From NCBI GenBank assembly GCA_964016885.1, contig OZ024755.1, forward strand, positions 44,516,001-44,580,000: DNA of 64,000 nt, given 5' to 3'. Within the stretch, counting starts at the first letter, position 1; every line of letters starts with the position of its first letter. This stretch comes from Eledone cirrhosa. Lineage: Eukaryota. The notes beneath the pieces are model-generated. The model searched no databases and was not told the DNA's origin. It saw only the letters and a list, made by a program, of their open reading frames with translations. Of the stretch, positions 28,901 to 45,800 are shown in pieces. A program made the position numbers and the translations under genes.

Positions 28901-31900
28901 GTGTGTACCACAGTTGACAGTACCAACATATACTGTGTACCACAGTTGACAGTACCATCTTATACTGTGTACCACAGTTGACAGTACCAACGTATACTGT
29001 GTTCCACAGTTGAAAGTACCCACGTATACTGTGTACTACAGTTGACAGTACCAACATATACTGTGTACCACAGTTGACAGTACAAACGTATACTGTGTAC
29101 CACAGTTGACAATACCAACATATACTGTGTACCACAGTTGACAGTACCAACATATACTGTATACCACAGTTGACAGTACCGACATATACTGTGTACCACA
29201 GTTGACAGTACCAACATATACTGTGTACCACAGTTGACAGTACCAACATATACTGTATACTACAGTTGACAGTACCAACATATACTGTGTACCAGTGTTG
29301 GCAGTACCAACATATACTGTGTACCACAGTTGACAGTACCAACATATACTGTGTACCACAGCTGACACTACCAAAATATACTTGTACCTCAGTTGACAGT
29401 ACTAACATATAGTGTGTACCACCGTTGTCAGTACCAACGTATACTGTGTACCACAGTTGCCAATGCCAACATATACTGTGTACCACAGTTGACAGTACCA
29501 ATATATACTGTGAACCACAGTTGACAGTATCAACATATACTGTGTACCACAGTTGACAGTACCAATGTATACTGTGTACCACTGTTGACAGTACCAAAAT
29601 ATACTGTGTACCACAGTTGACAGTACCAACGTATACTGTGTACCACAGTTGACAGTACCAACATATACTGTGTACCACAGTTAACAGTACCAACATATAC
29701 TGTGTACCACAGTTGACAGTACCAACGTATACTGTGTACCACAGTTGAAAGTACCAACGTATACTATGTACCACAGTTGACAGTACCAACATATACTGTT
29801 TACCACTTTTGACAATACCAACATATATTGTGTACCACAGTTGACAGTACCAACATATACTGTGTACCACTGCTGACAGTACCAACATATACTGTGTACC
29901 ACGTTTGACAGTACCAACATATACAGTGAACCACAGTTGACAGTACCAACGTATACTGTGTACCACAGTTGACAATACCAACATATACTGTGTACCATAG
30001 TTGACAGTACCAACATATACTGTGTACCACAGTTGAAAGTACCAACGTATACTGTGTACCACAGTTGACAACACCAACATATACTGTGTACCACAGTTGA
30101 CAGTACCAACATATACTGTATACCACAGTTGACAGTACCAACATATACTGTGTACCACAGTTGACAGTACCAACATATACTGTGTACCACAGTTGACAGT
30201 ACCAACATATACTGTATACCACAGTTGACAGTACCAACATATACTGTGTACCACTGTTGACAGTACCAACATATACAGTGTACCACAGTTGACATTACCA
30301 ACATATACTGTGTACCACAGCTGACACTACCAACATATACTTGTACCTCAGTTGACAGTACTACCATATATTGTGTACCACCGTTGACAATACCAACGTA
30401 TACTGTGTACCACAATTGACAGTACCAACGTATACTGTGCACCACAGTTGACAGTACCAACATATACTGTGTACCACAGTTGACAATACCAACATATACT
30501 GTGTACCACAGTTGACAATACCAACACATATAGTGTACCACAGGTGACAGTACCAACGTATACTGTGTACCACAGTTGCCAATGCCAACATATACTGTGT
30601 ACCACAGTTGAGAGTACCAACATGTACCGTGTACCACAGTTGACAGTACCAACGTATACTGTGTACCACAGTTGACAGTACCAACGTATACTGTTTACCA
30701 CAGTTGACAATACCAACATATACTGTGTACCAGAGTTGACAGTACCCACATATACTGTGTACCACAGTTGACAGTTCCAACATATATGGTGTACCACTGT
30801 TGATACTACCGACATATACTGTGTAGCACAGTTGACAGTACTAACATATACTGTGTACCACAGTTGAGAGTACCACCATATACTGGGTACCACTGTTGAC
30901 AGTACCAACATATACTGTGTACCACAGTTGACAGTACCAACATATACTGTGTACCATAGTTGACAGTACCAACATAAACCTGTGTACCTCAGTTGTCAGT
31001 ACCAACATATACTGTATACCACAGTTGAGAGTACCAACATATACTGTGTACCACAGTTGAAAGTACCAACGTATACTGTGTACCACAGATGACAGAATCC
31101 ACGTATGTGTACCACAGTTGACAGTATCAACGTATATCTGTACCACATATTGACAGTACCAACATATAACGTGTACCACAGTTGACAGTACCAACATATA
31201 CTGTGTACCACAGTTGACAGTACCAACATATACTGTGTACCACAGTTGACAGTGCCAACGTATACTGTGTACCACAGTTGCCATTACCAACGTATACTGT
31301 GTACCACAGTGGACAGTACCAACGTATATGTGTACAACATATTGACAGTACCAACATATTCTGTGTACCACAGTTGACAGTACCAACATATACTGTGTAC
31401 CACAGTTGACAGTACCAACATATACTGTATACCACACTTGACAGTACCAACATATACTGTGTACAACAGTTGACAGTACCAACATATACTGTGTACCACA
31501 GTTGACATTACCAACATATACTGTGTACCAGAGATGACAGTACCAACATATACTGTGTACCACAGTTGACAGTACTAACATATACTGTGTACTACAGTTG
31601 ACAGTACCAACATATACTGTGTACCACAGTTGACAGTACCAACATGAACTGTGTACCACAGTTGACAGTGCCAACATATAATGTGTACCACATTTGGCAG
31701 TACCAACATATACTGTGTACCTCAGTTGACAGTACCAACATATACTGTGTACCAAAGTTGACAGTACCAACGTATACTGTGTACCACAGTTGACAGTACC
31801 AACGTATACAGTGTACCACAGTTGACAGTACCAACATATACTGTGTACCACAGTTGACAGTACCAACGTATACTGTGTACCACAGTTGACAGTACCAACG

Positions 31901-34900
31901 TATACTGTGTACCACAGTTGACAGTACCAACGTATATTGTGTACCACTGTTGACAGTACCAACATATAATGTGTACCACAATTGACAGTACCAACATATA
32001 CTGTGTACCACAGTTGACAGTTCCCAACATGTACCGTGAACCACAGTTGACAGTACCAACGTATACTGTGTACCACAGTTGAGAGTACCAACGTATAGTG
32101 TGTACCACAGTTGACAGTACCAACATATACTGTGTACCACAGTTGACAGTACCAACATATACTGTGTACCACAGTTCACAGTACCAACGTATACTGTGTA
32201 CCACATTTGACAGTACCAACATATACTGTGTACCACAGTTCACAGTACCAACATATACTGTGTACCGCTGTTGACAGTACCAACATATTCGGTGTACCAC
32301 AGTTGTCAGTACCAACATATACTGTGTACCACTGTTGACAGTACCAACATATACTGTATACCACAGTTGACAGTACCAACATATACTGTGTACCACTGTT
32401 GACAGTACCAACATATACTGTGTACCACAGTTGACAGTACCAACATATACTGTATACCACAGTTGACAGTACCAACATATACTGGGTACCACAATTGACA
32501 GTACCAACATATACTGTGTACCATAGTTGACAGTACCAACGTATATTGTGTACCACAGTTGAGAGTACCAACATACACCGTGTGCGACAGTTGACAGTAC
32601 CAACATATACTGTGTACCACAGTTGACAGTACCAACATATACTGTGTACCACAGTTGACAGTACCAACATATACTGTGTACCACAGTTGACAGTACCAAC
32701 ATATACTGTGTACCACAGTTGACAGTACCAACATATACTGTGTACCAACATATACTGTGTATCACAGTTGACAGTACCAACATATACTCTGTACCACAGT
32801 GTACACTAACAACATATACTGTGTACCACAGTTGACAGTACCAACATATACTGTGTACCACAGTTGACAGTACCATCATATACTGTGTACAACATTTGAC
32901 AGTACCAACGTATACTGTGTACCACAGTTGACAGTACCATCGTATACTGTGTACCACAGTTGATAGTACCAACGTATACTGTGTATCAGAGTTGACAGTA
33001 CCAACATATACTGTGTACCACAGTTGACAGTACCAAAATATACTGTGTACCACAGCTGACACTACCAACATATACTTGTAACTCTGTTGACGGTACTAAC
33101 ATATACTGTGTACCACAGTTGACGGTACCAACGTATACTGTGTACCACAGTTGAAAGTACCAACGTATCCTGTGTACCACAGTTGACAGTGCCAACGTAT
33201 ACTGTGTACCACAGTTGCCATTACCAACGTATACTGTGTACCACAGTGGACAGTACCAACGTATATGTGTACAACATATTGACAGTACCAACATATTCTG
33301 TGTACCACAGTTGACAGTACCAACATATACTGTGTACCACAGTTGACAGTACCAACATATACTGTATACCACACTTGACAGTACCAACATATACTGTGTA
33401 CCACAGTTGACAGTACCAAGATATACTGTGTACCACAGTTGACATTACCAACATATACTGTGTACCAGAGATGACAGTACCAACATATACTGTGTACCAC
33501 AGTTGACAGTACTAACATATACTGTGTACCACAGTTGACAGTACCAACGTATACTGTCTACCACAGTTGACAGTACCAACATATACTGTGTACCACAGTT
33601 GACAGTACCAACATATACAGTGTACCACAGTTGACAGTACCAACATATACTGTGTACCACAGTTGACAGTACCAACATATACTGTGTACCACAGCTGACA
33701 CTACCAACATATACTTGTACCTCAGTTGACAGTACTAACATATACTATGTACCACAGTTGACAGTACCAACATATACTGTGTACCACAGTTGACAGTACC
33801 AACATATACTGTGTACCACAGTTGAGAGTACCAACATATACTCGGTGCCACTTTTCACAGTACCAACATATAATGTGTACCACAGTTGACAATACCAACG
33901 TATACTGTGTACGACTTTTGACAGTACCAACGTATACTGTGTACCACAGTTGACAATGCCTTCATATAGTGTGTACCACAGTTGACAGTACCAACATATA
34001 CTGTGTACCACAGTTGACAGTACCATCTTATACTGTGTACCACAGTTGACAGTACCAACGTATACTGTGTTCCACAGTTGAAAGTACCCACGTATACTGT
34101 GTACTACAGTTGACAGTACCAACATATACTGTGTACCACAGTTGACAGTACAAACGTATACTGTGTACCACAGTTGACAATACCAACATATACTGTGTAC
34201 CACAGTTGACAGTACCAACATATACTGTATACCACAGTTGACAGTACCGACATATACTGTGTACCACAGTTGACAGTACCAACATATACTGTGTACCACA
34301 GTTGACAGTACCAACATATACTGTATACTACAGTTGACAGTACCAACATATACTGTGTACCAGTGTTGACAGTACCAACATATACTGTGTACCACAGTTG
34401 ACAGTACCAACATATACTGTGTACCACAGCTGACACTACCAAAATATACTTGTACCTCAGTTGACAGTACTAACATATAGTGTGTACCACCGTTGTCAGT
34501 ACCAACGTATACTGTGTACCACAGTTGCCAATGCCAACATATACTGTGTACCACAGTTGACAGTACCAATATATACTGTGAACCACAGTTGACAGTATCA
34601 ACATATACTGTGTACCACAGTTGACAGTACCAATGTATACTGTGTACCACTGTTGACAGTACCAAAATATACTGTGTACCACAGTTGACAGTACCAACGT
34701 ATACTGTGTACCACAGTTGACAGTACCAACATATACTGTGTACCACAGTTAACAGTACCAACATATACTGTGTACCACAGTTGACAGTACCAACGTATAC
34801 TGTGTACCACAGTTGAAAGTACCAACGTATACTATGTACCACAGTTGACAGTACCAACATATACTGTTTACCACTTTTGACAATACCAACATATATTGTG

Positions 34901-36122
34901 TACCACAGTTGACAGTACCAACATATACTGTGTACCACTGCTGACAGTACCAACATATACTGTGTACCACGTTTGACAGTACCAACATATACAGTGAACC
35001 ACAGTTGACAGTACCAACGTATACTGTGTACCACAGTTGACAATACCAACATATACTGTGTACCATAGTTGACAGTACCAACATATACTGTGTACCACAG
35101 TTGAAAGTACCAACGTATACTGTGTACCACAGTTGACAACACCAACATATACTGTGTACCACAGTTGACAGTACCAACATATACTGTATACCACAGTTGA
35201 CAGTACCAACATATACTGTGTACCACAGTTGACAGTACCAACATATACTGTGTACCACAGTTGACAGTACCAACATATACTGTATACCACAGTTGACAGT
35301 ACCAACATATACTGTGTACCACTGTTGACAGTACCAACATATACAGTGTACCACAGTTGACATTACCAACATATACTGTGTACCACAGCTGACACTACCA
35401 ACATATACTTGTACCTCAGTTGACAGTACTACCATATATTGTGTACCACCGTTGACAATACCAACGTATACTGTGTACCACAATTGACAGTACCAACGTA
35501 TACTGTGCACCACAGTTGACAGTACCAACATATACTGTGTACCACAGTTGACAATACCAACATATACTGTGTACCACAGTTGACAATACCAACACATATA
35601 GTGTACCACAGGTGACAGTACCAACGTATACTGTGTACCACAGTTGCCAATGCCAACATATACTGTGTACCACAGTTGAGAGTACCAACATGTACCGTGT
35701 ACCACAGTTGACAGTACCAACGTATACTGTGTACCACAGTTGACAGTACCAACGTATACTGTTTACCACAGTTGACAATACCAACATATACTGTGTACCA
35801 GAGTTGACAGTACCCACATATACTGTGTACCACAGTTGACAGTTCCAACATATATGGTGTACCACTGTTGATACTACCGACATATACTGTGTAGCACAGT
35901 TGACAGTACTAACATATACTGTGTACCACAGTTGAGAGTACCACCATATACTGGGTACCACTGTTGACAGTACCAACATATACTGTGTACCACAGTTGAC
36001 AGTACCAACATATACTGTGTACCATAGTTGACAGTACCAACATAAACCTGTGTACCTCAGTTGTCAGTACCAACATATACTGTATACCACAGTTGAGAGT
36101 ACCAACATATACTGTGTACCAC
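25962..36122. repeat. Near-perfect tandem duplication of a 5,068-bp segment (25962-31029 and 31030-36097; identity extends to 36122)
   Basis: ORFs recur at +5068 (26059/31127, 26654/31722, 28677/33745, 30348/35416). Flanking mismatches lie at 25961/31029 and 31055/36123. One internal difference was noticed (29301 G vs 34369 A). Confidence 0.95.
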
Positions 36123-36800
36123 TGTTGACAGTACCAACATATACCGTGTACCACAGTTGACAGTACCAACATATACTGTGTACCACAGCTGACACTACCA
36201 ACATATACTTGTACCTCAATTGACAGTACTACAATATATTGTGTACCACCGTTGACAATACCAACGTATACTGTGTACCACAGTTGACAGTACCAACGTA
36301 TACTGTGCACCACAGTTGACAGTACCAACATATACTGTGTACCACAGTTGACAATACCAACATATATTGTGTACCACAGTTGACAATACCAACACATATA
36401 GTGTACCACAGTTGACAGTACCAACGTATACTGTGTACCACAGTTGAGAGTACCAACATGTACCGTGTACCACAGTTGACACTACCAACGTATACTGTGT
36501 ACCACAGTTGACAATACCAACATATACTGTGTACCACAGTTGACAGTACCAACATATACTGTGTACCACAGTTGAAAGTACCAACGTATACTGTGTACCA
36601 CAGTTGACAACACCAACATATACTGTGTACCACAGTTGACAGTACCAACATATACTGTATACCACAGTTGACAGTACCAACATATACTGTGTACCACAGT
36701 TGACACTACCAACATATACTGTGTACCACAGTTGACAGTACCAACATATACTGTATACCACAGTTGACAGTACCAACATATACTGTGTACCACTGTTGAC

Positions 36801-39800
36801 AGTACCAACATATACCGTGTACCACAGTTGACAGTACCAACATATACTGTGTACCACAGCTGACACTACCAACATATACTTGTACCTCAGTTGACAGTAC
36901 TACCATATATTGTGTACCACCGTTGACAATACCAACGTATACTGTGTACCACAGTTGACAGTACCAACGTATACTGTGCACCACAGTTGACAGTACCAAA
37001 ATATACTGTGTACCACAGTTGACAATACCAACATATACTGTGTACCACAGTTGACAGTACCAACACATATAGTGTACCACAGTTGACAGTACCAACGTAT
37101 ACTGTGTACCACAGTTGCCAATGCCAACATATACTGTGTACCACAGTTGAGAGTACCAACATATACTGTGTACCACAGTTGACAGTACCAACATATACTG
37201 TGTACCACAGTTGACAGTACCAACATATACTGTGTACCACAGTTGACAGTACCAATGTATAATGTGTACCACAGTTGACAGTACCAACATATACTGTGTA
37301 CCACAGTTGACAGTACCAACATATACTGTGTACCATAGTTGACATTACCAACGTATATTGTGTTCCACAGTTGACAGTACCAACATGTACTGTGTACCAC
37401 AGTTGACTGTACCAACGTATACTGTGTACCACAGTTGACAGTACCAACGTATACTGTGTACCACAGTTGACAGTACCAAAATATAACGTGTACCACAGTT
37501 GGCTGTACCATCATATACTGTGTACCACAGTTGACAGTACCAACATATATTGTGTACCACAGTTGACAGTACCAACATATACTGTGTACCACAGTTGACA
37601 ATACCAACATATACTGTGTACCACAGTTGACAATACCAACACATATAGTGTACCACAGTTGACAGTACCAACGTATATTGTGTACCACAGTTGCCAATGC
37701 CAACATATACTGTGTACCACAGTTGAGAGTACCAACATGTACCGTGTACCACAGTTGACAGTACCAACGTATACTGTGTACCACAGTTGACAATACCAAC
37801 ATATACTGTGTACCACAGTTGACAGTACCAACATATACTGTATACCACAGTTGACAGTACCAACATATACTGTGTACCACAGTTGACAGTACCAACATAT
37901 ACTGTGTACCACAGTTGACAGTACCAACATATACTGTATACCACAGTCGACAGTACCAACATATACTGTGTACCAGTGTTGACAGTACCAACATATACTG
38001 TGTACCACAGTTGACAGTACCAACATATACTGTGTACCACAGCTGACACTACCAAAATATACTTGTACCTCAGTTGACAGTACTAACATATATTGTGTAC
38101 CACTGTTGACAGTACCAACGTATACTGTGTACCACAGTTGCCAATGCCAACATATACTGTGTACCACAGTTGACAGTACCAACATATACTGTGAACCACA
38201 GTTGACAGTATCAACATATACTGTGTACCACAGTTGACAGTACCAATGTATACTGTGTACTACTGTTGACAGTACCAAAATATACTGTGTACCACAGTTG
38301 AAAGTACCAACGTATACTGTGTACCACAGTTGACAGTACCAACATATACTGTGTACCACAGTTAACAGTACCAACATATACTGTGTACCACAGTTGACAG
38401 TACTAACATATAATGTGTACCACAGTTGGCAGTACCAACATATACTGTGTACCTCAGATGACAGTACCAACATATACTGTGTACCACAATTGACAATACC
38501 AACATATACTATGTACCACAGTTGACAGTACCAACATATACTGTGTACCACAGTTGACAGTACCAACATATACTGTGTACCACAGTTGACAGTACCAACA
38601 TATACTGTGTACCTCAGTTAACAGTACCCACATATACTGTGTACCACAGTTGACAGTACCATCATATACTGTGAACCACAGTTGACAGTTCCAACGTATA
38701 CTGTGTACCAGAATTGACAGTACCAACATATACTGTGTACCACAGTTGACAGTACCAAAATATACTGTGTACCACAGCTGACATTACCAACATATACTTG
38801 TAACTCTGTTGACAGTACTAACATATACTGTGTACCACAGTTGACTGTACCAACGTATACTGTGTACCACAGTTGAAAGTACCAACGTATACTCTGTACC
38901 ACAGTTGACAGTACCAACATATACTGTGTACCACATTTGACAGTTCCATCATATACTGTGTACCACAGTTTACAGTACCAACATATACTGTGTACCACAG
39001 TTGACAGTACCAACGTATACTGTGTACCACAGTTGACAGTACCAACATATACTGTGTACCACAGTTCACAGTACCAACATATACAGTGTACCACAATTGA
39101 CAGTACCAACATATACTGTGTACCACAGTTGACAGTACCAACATGTACCGTGTACCACATTTGACAGTACCAACGTATACAGTGTACGACAGTTGACAAT
39201 ACCAACATATACTGTGTACCACGGTTGACAGTACCAACATATACTGTATACCACAGTTGACAGTACCAACATATACAGTGTACCAGAGTTGACAGTACCA
39301 ACATATACTGTGTACCACAGTTGACAGTACCAACATATACTGTATATCACAGTTGACAGTACCAACATATACTGTGTACCACTGTTGACAGTACCAACAT
39401 ATACCGTGTACCACAGTTGACAGTACCAACATATACTGTGTACCACAGCTGACACTACCAACATATACTTGTACCTCATTTTACAGTACTACAATATATT
39501 GTGTACCACCGTTGACAATACCAACGTATACTGTGTACCACAGTTGACAGTACCAACGTATACTGTGTACCACAGTTGACAGTACCAACATATACTGTGT
39601 ACCACAGTTGACAATACCAACACATACTGTGTACCACAGTTGACAGTACCAACGTATACTGTGTACCACAGTTGCCAATGCCAACATATACTGTGTACCA
39701 CAGTTGACGGTACCAACATATACTGTGTACCACAGTTGACAGTACCAACATATTCTGTGTACCACAGTTGACAGTACCAACATATACTGTGTACCACAGT

Positions 39801-42800
39801 TGACAGTACCAATGTATACTGTGTACCACTGTTGACAGTACCAAAATATACTGTGTACCACAGTTGACAGTACCAACGTATACTGTGTACCAGAGTTGAC
39901 AGTACCAACATATATCGTGTACCACAGTTGACAGTACCAACATATACTGTGTACCACAGTTGACAGTACCAACATGTACTGTGTACCACAGTTGACAGTG
40001 CCAACATATACTGTGTACCACATTTGGCAGTACCAACATATACTGTGTACCTCAGTTGACAGTACCAACATATACTGTGTACCAAAGTTGACAGTACCAA
40101 CGTATACTGTGTACCACTGTTGACAGTACCAACGTATACAGTGTACCACAGTTGACAGTACAAACATATACTGTGTAACACAGTTGACAATACCAACATA
40201 TACTGTGTAGCACAGTTGACAGTACCAACATATACTGTATACCACAGTTGACAGTACCAACATATACAGTGTACCAGAGTTGACAGTACCAACATATACC
40301 GTGTACCACAGTTGACAGTACCAACATATACTGTGTACCACAGCTGACACTACCAACATATACTTGTACCACATTTTACAGTACTACAATATATTGTGTA
40401 CCACCGTTGACAATACCAACGTATACTGTGTACCACAGTTGACAGTACCAACGTATACTGTGTACCACAGTTGACAGTACCAACATATACTGTGTACCAC
40501 AGTTGACAATACCAGCATATACTGTGTACCACAGTTGACAATACCAACACATACTGTGTACCACAGTTGACAGTACCAACGTATACTGTGTACCACAGTT
40601 GCCAATGCCAACATATACTGTGTACCACAGTTGACAGTACCAACATATACTGTGTACCACAGTTGACAGTACCAACATATTCTGTGTACCACAGTTGACA
40701 GTACCAACATATACTGTGTACCACAGTTGACAGTACCAATGTATACTGTGTACCACTGTTGACAGTACAAAAATATACTGTGTACCACAGTTGACAGTAC
40801 CAACGTATACTGTGTACCAGAGTTGACAGTACCAACATATAACGTGTACCACAGTTGACAGTACCAACATATACTGTGTACCACAGTTGACAGTACCAAC
40901 ATGTACTGTGTACCACAGTTGACAGTGGCAACATATACTGTGTACCACATTTGGCAGTACCAACATATACAGTGTACCTCAGTTGACAGTACCAACATAT
41001 ACTGTGTACCAAAGTTGACAGTACCAACGTATACTGTGTACCACAGTTGACAGTACCAACGTATACAGTGTACCACAGTTGACAGTACAAACATATACTG
41101 TGTAACACAGTTGACAATACCAACATATACTGTGTACCACAGTTGACAGTACCAACGTATACTGTGTACCACTGTTGACAGTACCAACATATACTGTGTA
41201 CCACAATTGACAGTACCAACATATACTGTGTACCACAGTTGACAGTACCAACATGTACCTTGAACCACAATTGACAGTACCAACGTATACTGTGTACCAC
41301 AGTTGAGAGTGCCAACGTATAGTATGTACCACAGTTGACAGTACCAACATATACTGTGTACCACAGTTGACAGTACCAACATATACTGTGTACCACAGTT
41401 CACAGTACCAACGTATACTGTGTACCACATTTGACAGTACCAACATATACTGTGTACCACAGTTGACAGTACCAACATATACTGTGTACCACAGTTGCCA
41501 ATGCCAACATATACTGTGTACCACAGTTGACAGGTACCAACATATACTGTGTACCTCAGTTGACAGTACCAACATATACTGTGTACCACAGTTGACAGTA
41601 CCAATGTATACTGTGTACCACTGTTGACAGTACCAAAATATACTGTGTACCACAGTTGACAGTACCAACATATACTGTGTACCAGAGATGACAGTACCAA
41701 CATATACTGTGTACCACAGTTGACAGTACTAACATATACTGTGTACTACAGTTGACAGAACCAACATATACTGTGTACCACAGTTGACAGTACCAACATG
41801 TACTGTGTACCACAGTTGACAGTGCCAACATATACTGTGTACCACAGTTGACAGTACCAACATATACTGTGTACCACAGTTGACAGTACCAACATATACT
41901 GTGTACCACAGTTGACAGTACCAATGTATAATGTGTACCACAGTTGACAGTACCAACATATACTGTGTACCACAGTTGACAGTACCAACATATACTGTGT
42001 ACCATAGTTGACATTACCAACGTATATTGTGTTCCACAGTTGACAGTACCAACATGTACTGTGTACCACAGTTGACAGTACCAACGTATACTGTGTACCA
42101 CAGTTGACAGTACCAACGTATACTGTGTACCACAGTTGACAGTACCAACATATAACGTGTACCACAGTTGGCAGTACCATCATATACTGTGTACCACAGT
42201 TGACAGTACCAACATATATTGTGTACCACAGTTGACAGTACCAACATATACTGTGTACCATAGTTGACATTACCAACGTATATTGTGTACCACAGTTGAC
42301 AGTACCAACATATCATGTGTACCTCAGTTGACAGTACCAACATATACTGTATACCACAGTTGACAGTACCAACATATACTGTGTACCACTGTTGACAGTA
42401 CCAATATATACCGTGTACCACAGTTGACAGTACCAACATATACTGTGTACCACAGCTGACACTACCAACATATACTTGTACCTCAGTTGACAGTACTACC
42501 ATATATTGTGTACCACCGTTGACAATACCAACGTATACTGTGTACCACAGTTGACAGTACCAACGTATACTGTGCACCACATTTGACAGTACCAACATAT
42601 ACTGTGTACCACAGTTGACAATACCAACATATACTGTGTACCACAGTTGACAATACCAACACATATAGTGTACCACAGTTGACAGTACCAACGTATATTG
42701 TGAACCACAGTTGACAATGCCAACATATACTGTGTACCACAGTTGAGAGTACCAACATGTACCGTGTACCACAGTTGACAGTACCAACGTATACTGTGTA

Positions 42801-45800
42801 CCACAGTTGACAATACCAACATATACTGTTACCACAGTTGACAGTACCAACATATACTGTGTACCACAGTTGAAAGTACCAACGTATACTGTGTACCACA
42901 GTTGACAACACCAACATATACTGTGTACCACAGTTGACAGTACCAACATATACTGTATACCACAGTTGACAGTACCAACATATACTGTGTACCACAGTTG
43001 ACAGTACCAACATATACTGTGTACCACAGTTGACAGTACCAACATATACTGTATACCACAGTTGACAGTACCAACATATACTGTGTACCACTGTTGACAG
43101 TACCAACATATACCGTGTACCACAGTTGACAGTACCAACATATACTGTGTACCACAGCTGACACTACCAACATATACTTGTACTTCAGTTGACAGTACTA
43201 CCATATATTGTGTACCACCGTTGACAATACCAACGTATACTGTGTACCACAGTTGACAGTACCAACGTATACTGTGCACCACAGTTGACAGTACCAACAT
43301 ATACTGTGTACCACAGTTGACAATACCAACATATACTGTGTACCACAGTTGACAATACCAACACATATAGTGTACCACAGTTGACAGTACCAACGTATAC
43401 TGTGTACCACAGTTGCCAATGCCAACATATACTGTGTACCACAGTTGAGAGTACCAACATATACTGTGTACCACAGTTGACAGTACCAACATATACTGTG
43501 TACCACAGTTGACAGTACCAACATATACTGTGTACCACAGTTGACAGTACAAATGTATACTGTGTACCACAGTTGACAGTACCAACATATACTGTGTACC
43601 ACAGTTGACAGTACCAACATATACTGTGTACCCTAGTTGACATTACCAACGTATATCGTGTACCACAGTTGACAGTACCAACATGTACTGTGTACCACAG
43701 TTGACAGTACCAACGTATACTGTGTACCACAGTTGACAGTACCAACGTATACTGTGTACCACAGTTGACAGTACCAACATATAACGTGTACCACAGTTGG
43801 CAGTACCATCATATACTGTGTACCACAGTTGACAGTACCAACATATATTGTGTACCACAGTTGACAGTACCAACATATACTGTGTACCATAGTTGACATT
43901 ACCAACGTATATTGTGTACCACAGTTGACAGTACCAACATGCACCGTGTACAACAGTTGACAGTACCAACATATACTGTGTACCACAGTTGCGAGTACCA
44001 ACATATACCGTGTACCACAGTTGACAGTACCAACATATACTGTGTACCACAGCTGACACTACCAACATATACCTGTACCTCAGTTGACAGTACTACCATA
44101 TATTGTGTACCACCGTTGACAATACCAACGTATACTGTGTACCACAGTTGACAGTACCAACGTATACTGTGCACCACAGTTGACAGTACCAAAATATACT
44201 GTGTACCACAGTTGACAATACCAACATATACTGTGTACCACAGTTGACAGTACCAACACATATAGTGTACCACAGTTGACAGTACCAACGTATACTGTGT
44301 ACCACAGTTGCCAATGCCAACATATACTGTGTACCACAGTTGAGAGTACCAACATATACTGTGTACCACAGTTGACAGTACCAACATATACTGTGTACCA
44401 CAGTTGACAGTACCAACATATACTGTGTACCACAGTTGACAGTACCAATGTATAATGTGTACCACAGTTGACAGTACCAACATATACTGTGTACCACAGT
44501 TGACAGTACCAACATATACTGTGTACCATAGTTGACATTACCAACGTATATTGTGTTCCACAGTTGACAGTACCAACATGTACTGTGTACCACAGTTGAC
44601 TGTACCAACGTATACTGTGTACCACAGTTGACAGTACCAACGTATACTGTGTACCACAGTTGACAGTACCAAAATATAACGTGTACCACAGTTGGCTGTA
44701 CCATCATATACTGTGTACCACAGTTGACAGTACCAACATATATTGTGTACCACAGTTGACAGTACCAACATATACTGTGTACCACAGTTGACAATACCAA
44801 CATATACTGTGTACCACAGTTGACAATACCAACACATATAGTGTACCACAGTTGACAGTACCAACGTATATTGTGTACCACAGTTGCCAATGCCAACATA
44901 TACTGTGTACCACAGTTGAGAGTACCAACATGTACCGTGTACCACAGTTGACAGTACCAACGTATACTGTGTACCACAGTTGACAATACCAACATATACT
45001 GTGTACCACAGTTGACAGTACCAACATATACTGTATACCACAGTTGACAGTACCAACATATACTGTGTACCACAGTTGACAGTACCAACATATACTGTGT
45101 ACCACAGTTGACAGTACCAACATATACTGTATACCACAGTCGACAGTACCAACATATACTGTGTACCAGTGTTGACAGTACCAACATATACTGTGTACCA
45201 CAGTTGACAGTACCAACATATACTGTGTACCACAGCTGACACTACCAAAATATACTTGTACCTCAGTTGACAGTACTAACATATATTGTGTACCACTGTT
45301 GACAGTACCAACGTATACTGTGTACCACAGTTGCCAATGCCAACATATACTGTGTACCACAGTTGACAGTACCAACATATACTGTGAACCACAGTTGACA
45401 GTATCAACATATACTGTGTACCACAGTTGACAGTACCAATGTATACTGTGTACTACTGTTGACAGTACCAAAATATACTGTGTACCACAGTTGAAAGTAC
45501 CAACGTATACTGTGTACCACAGTTGACAGTACCAACATATACTGTGTACCACAGTTAACAGTACCAACATATACTGTGTACCACAGTTGACAGTACTAAC
45601 ATATAATGTGTACCACAGTTGGCAGTACCAACATATACTGTGTACCTCAGATGACAGTACCAACATATACTGTGTACCACAATTGACAATACCAACATAT
45701 ACTATGTACCACAGTTGACAGTACCAACATATACTGTGTACCACAGTTGACAGTACCAACATATACTGTGTACCACAGTTGACAGTACCAACATATACTG

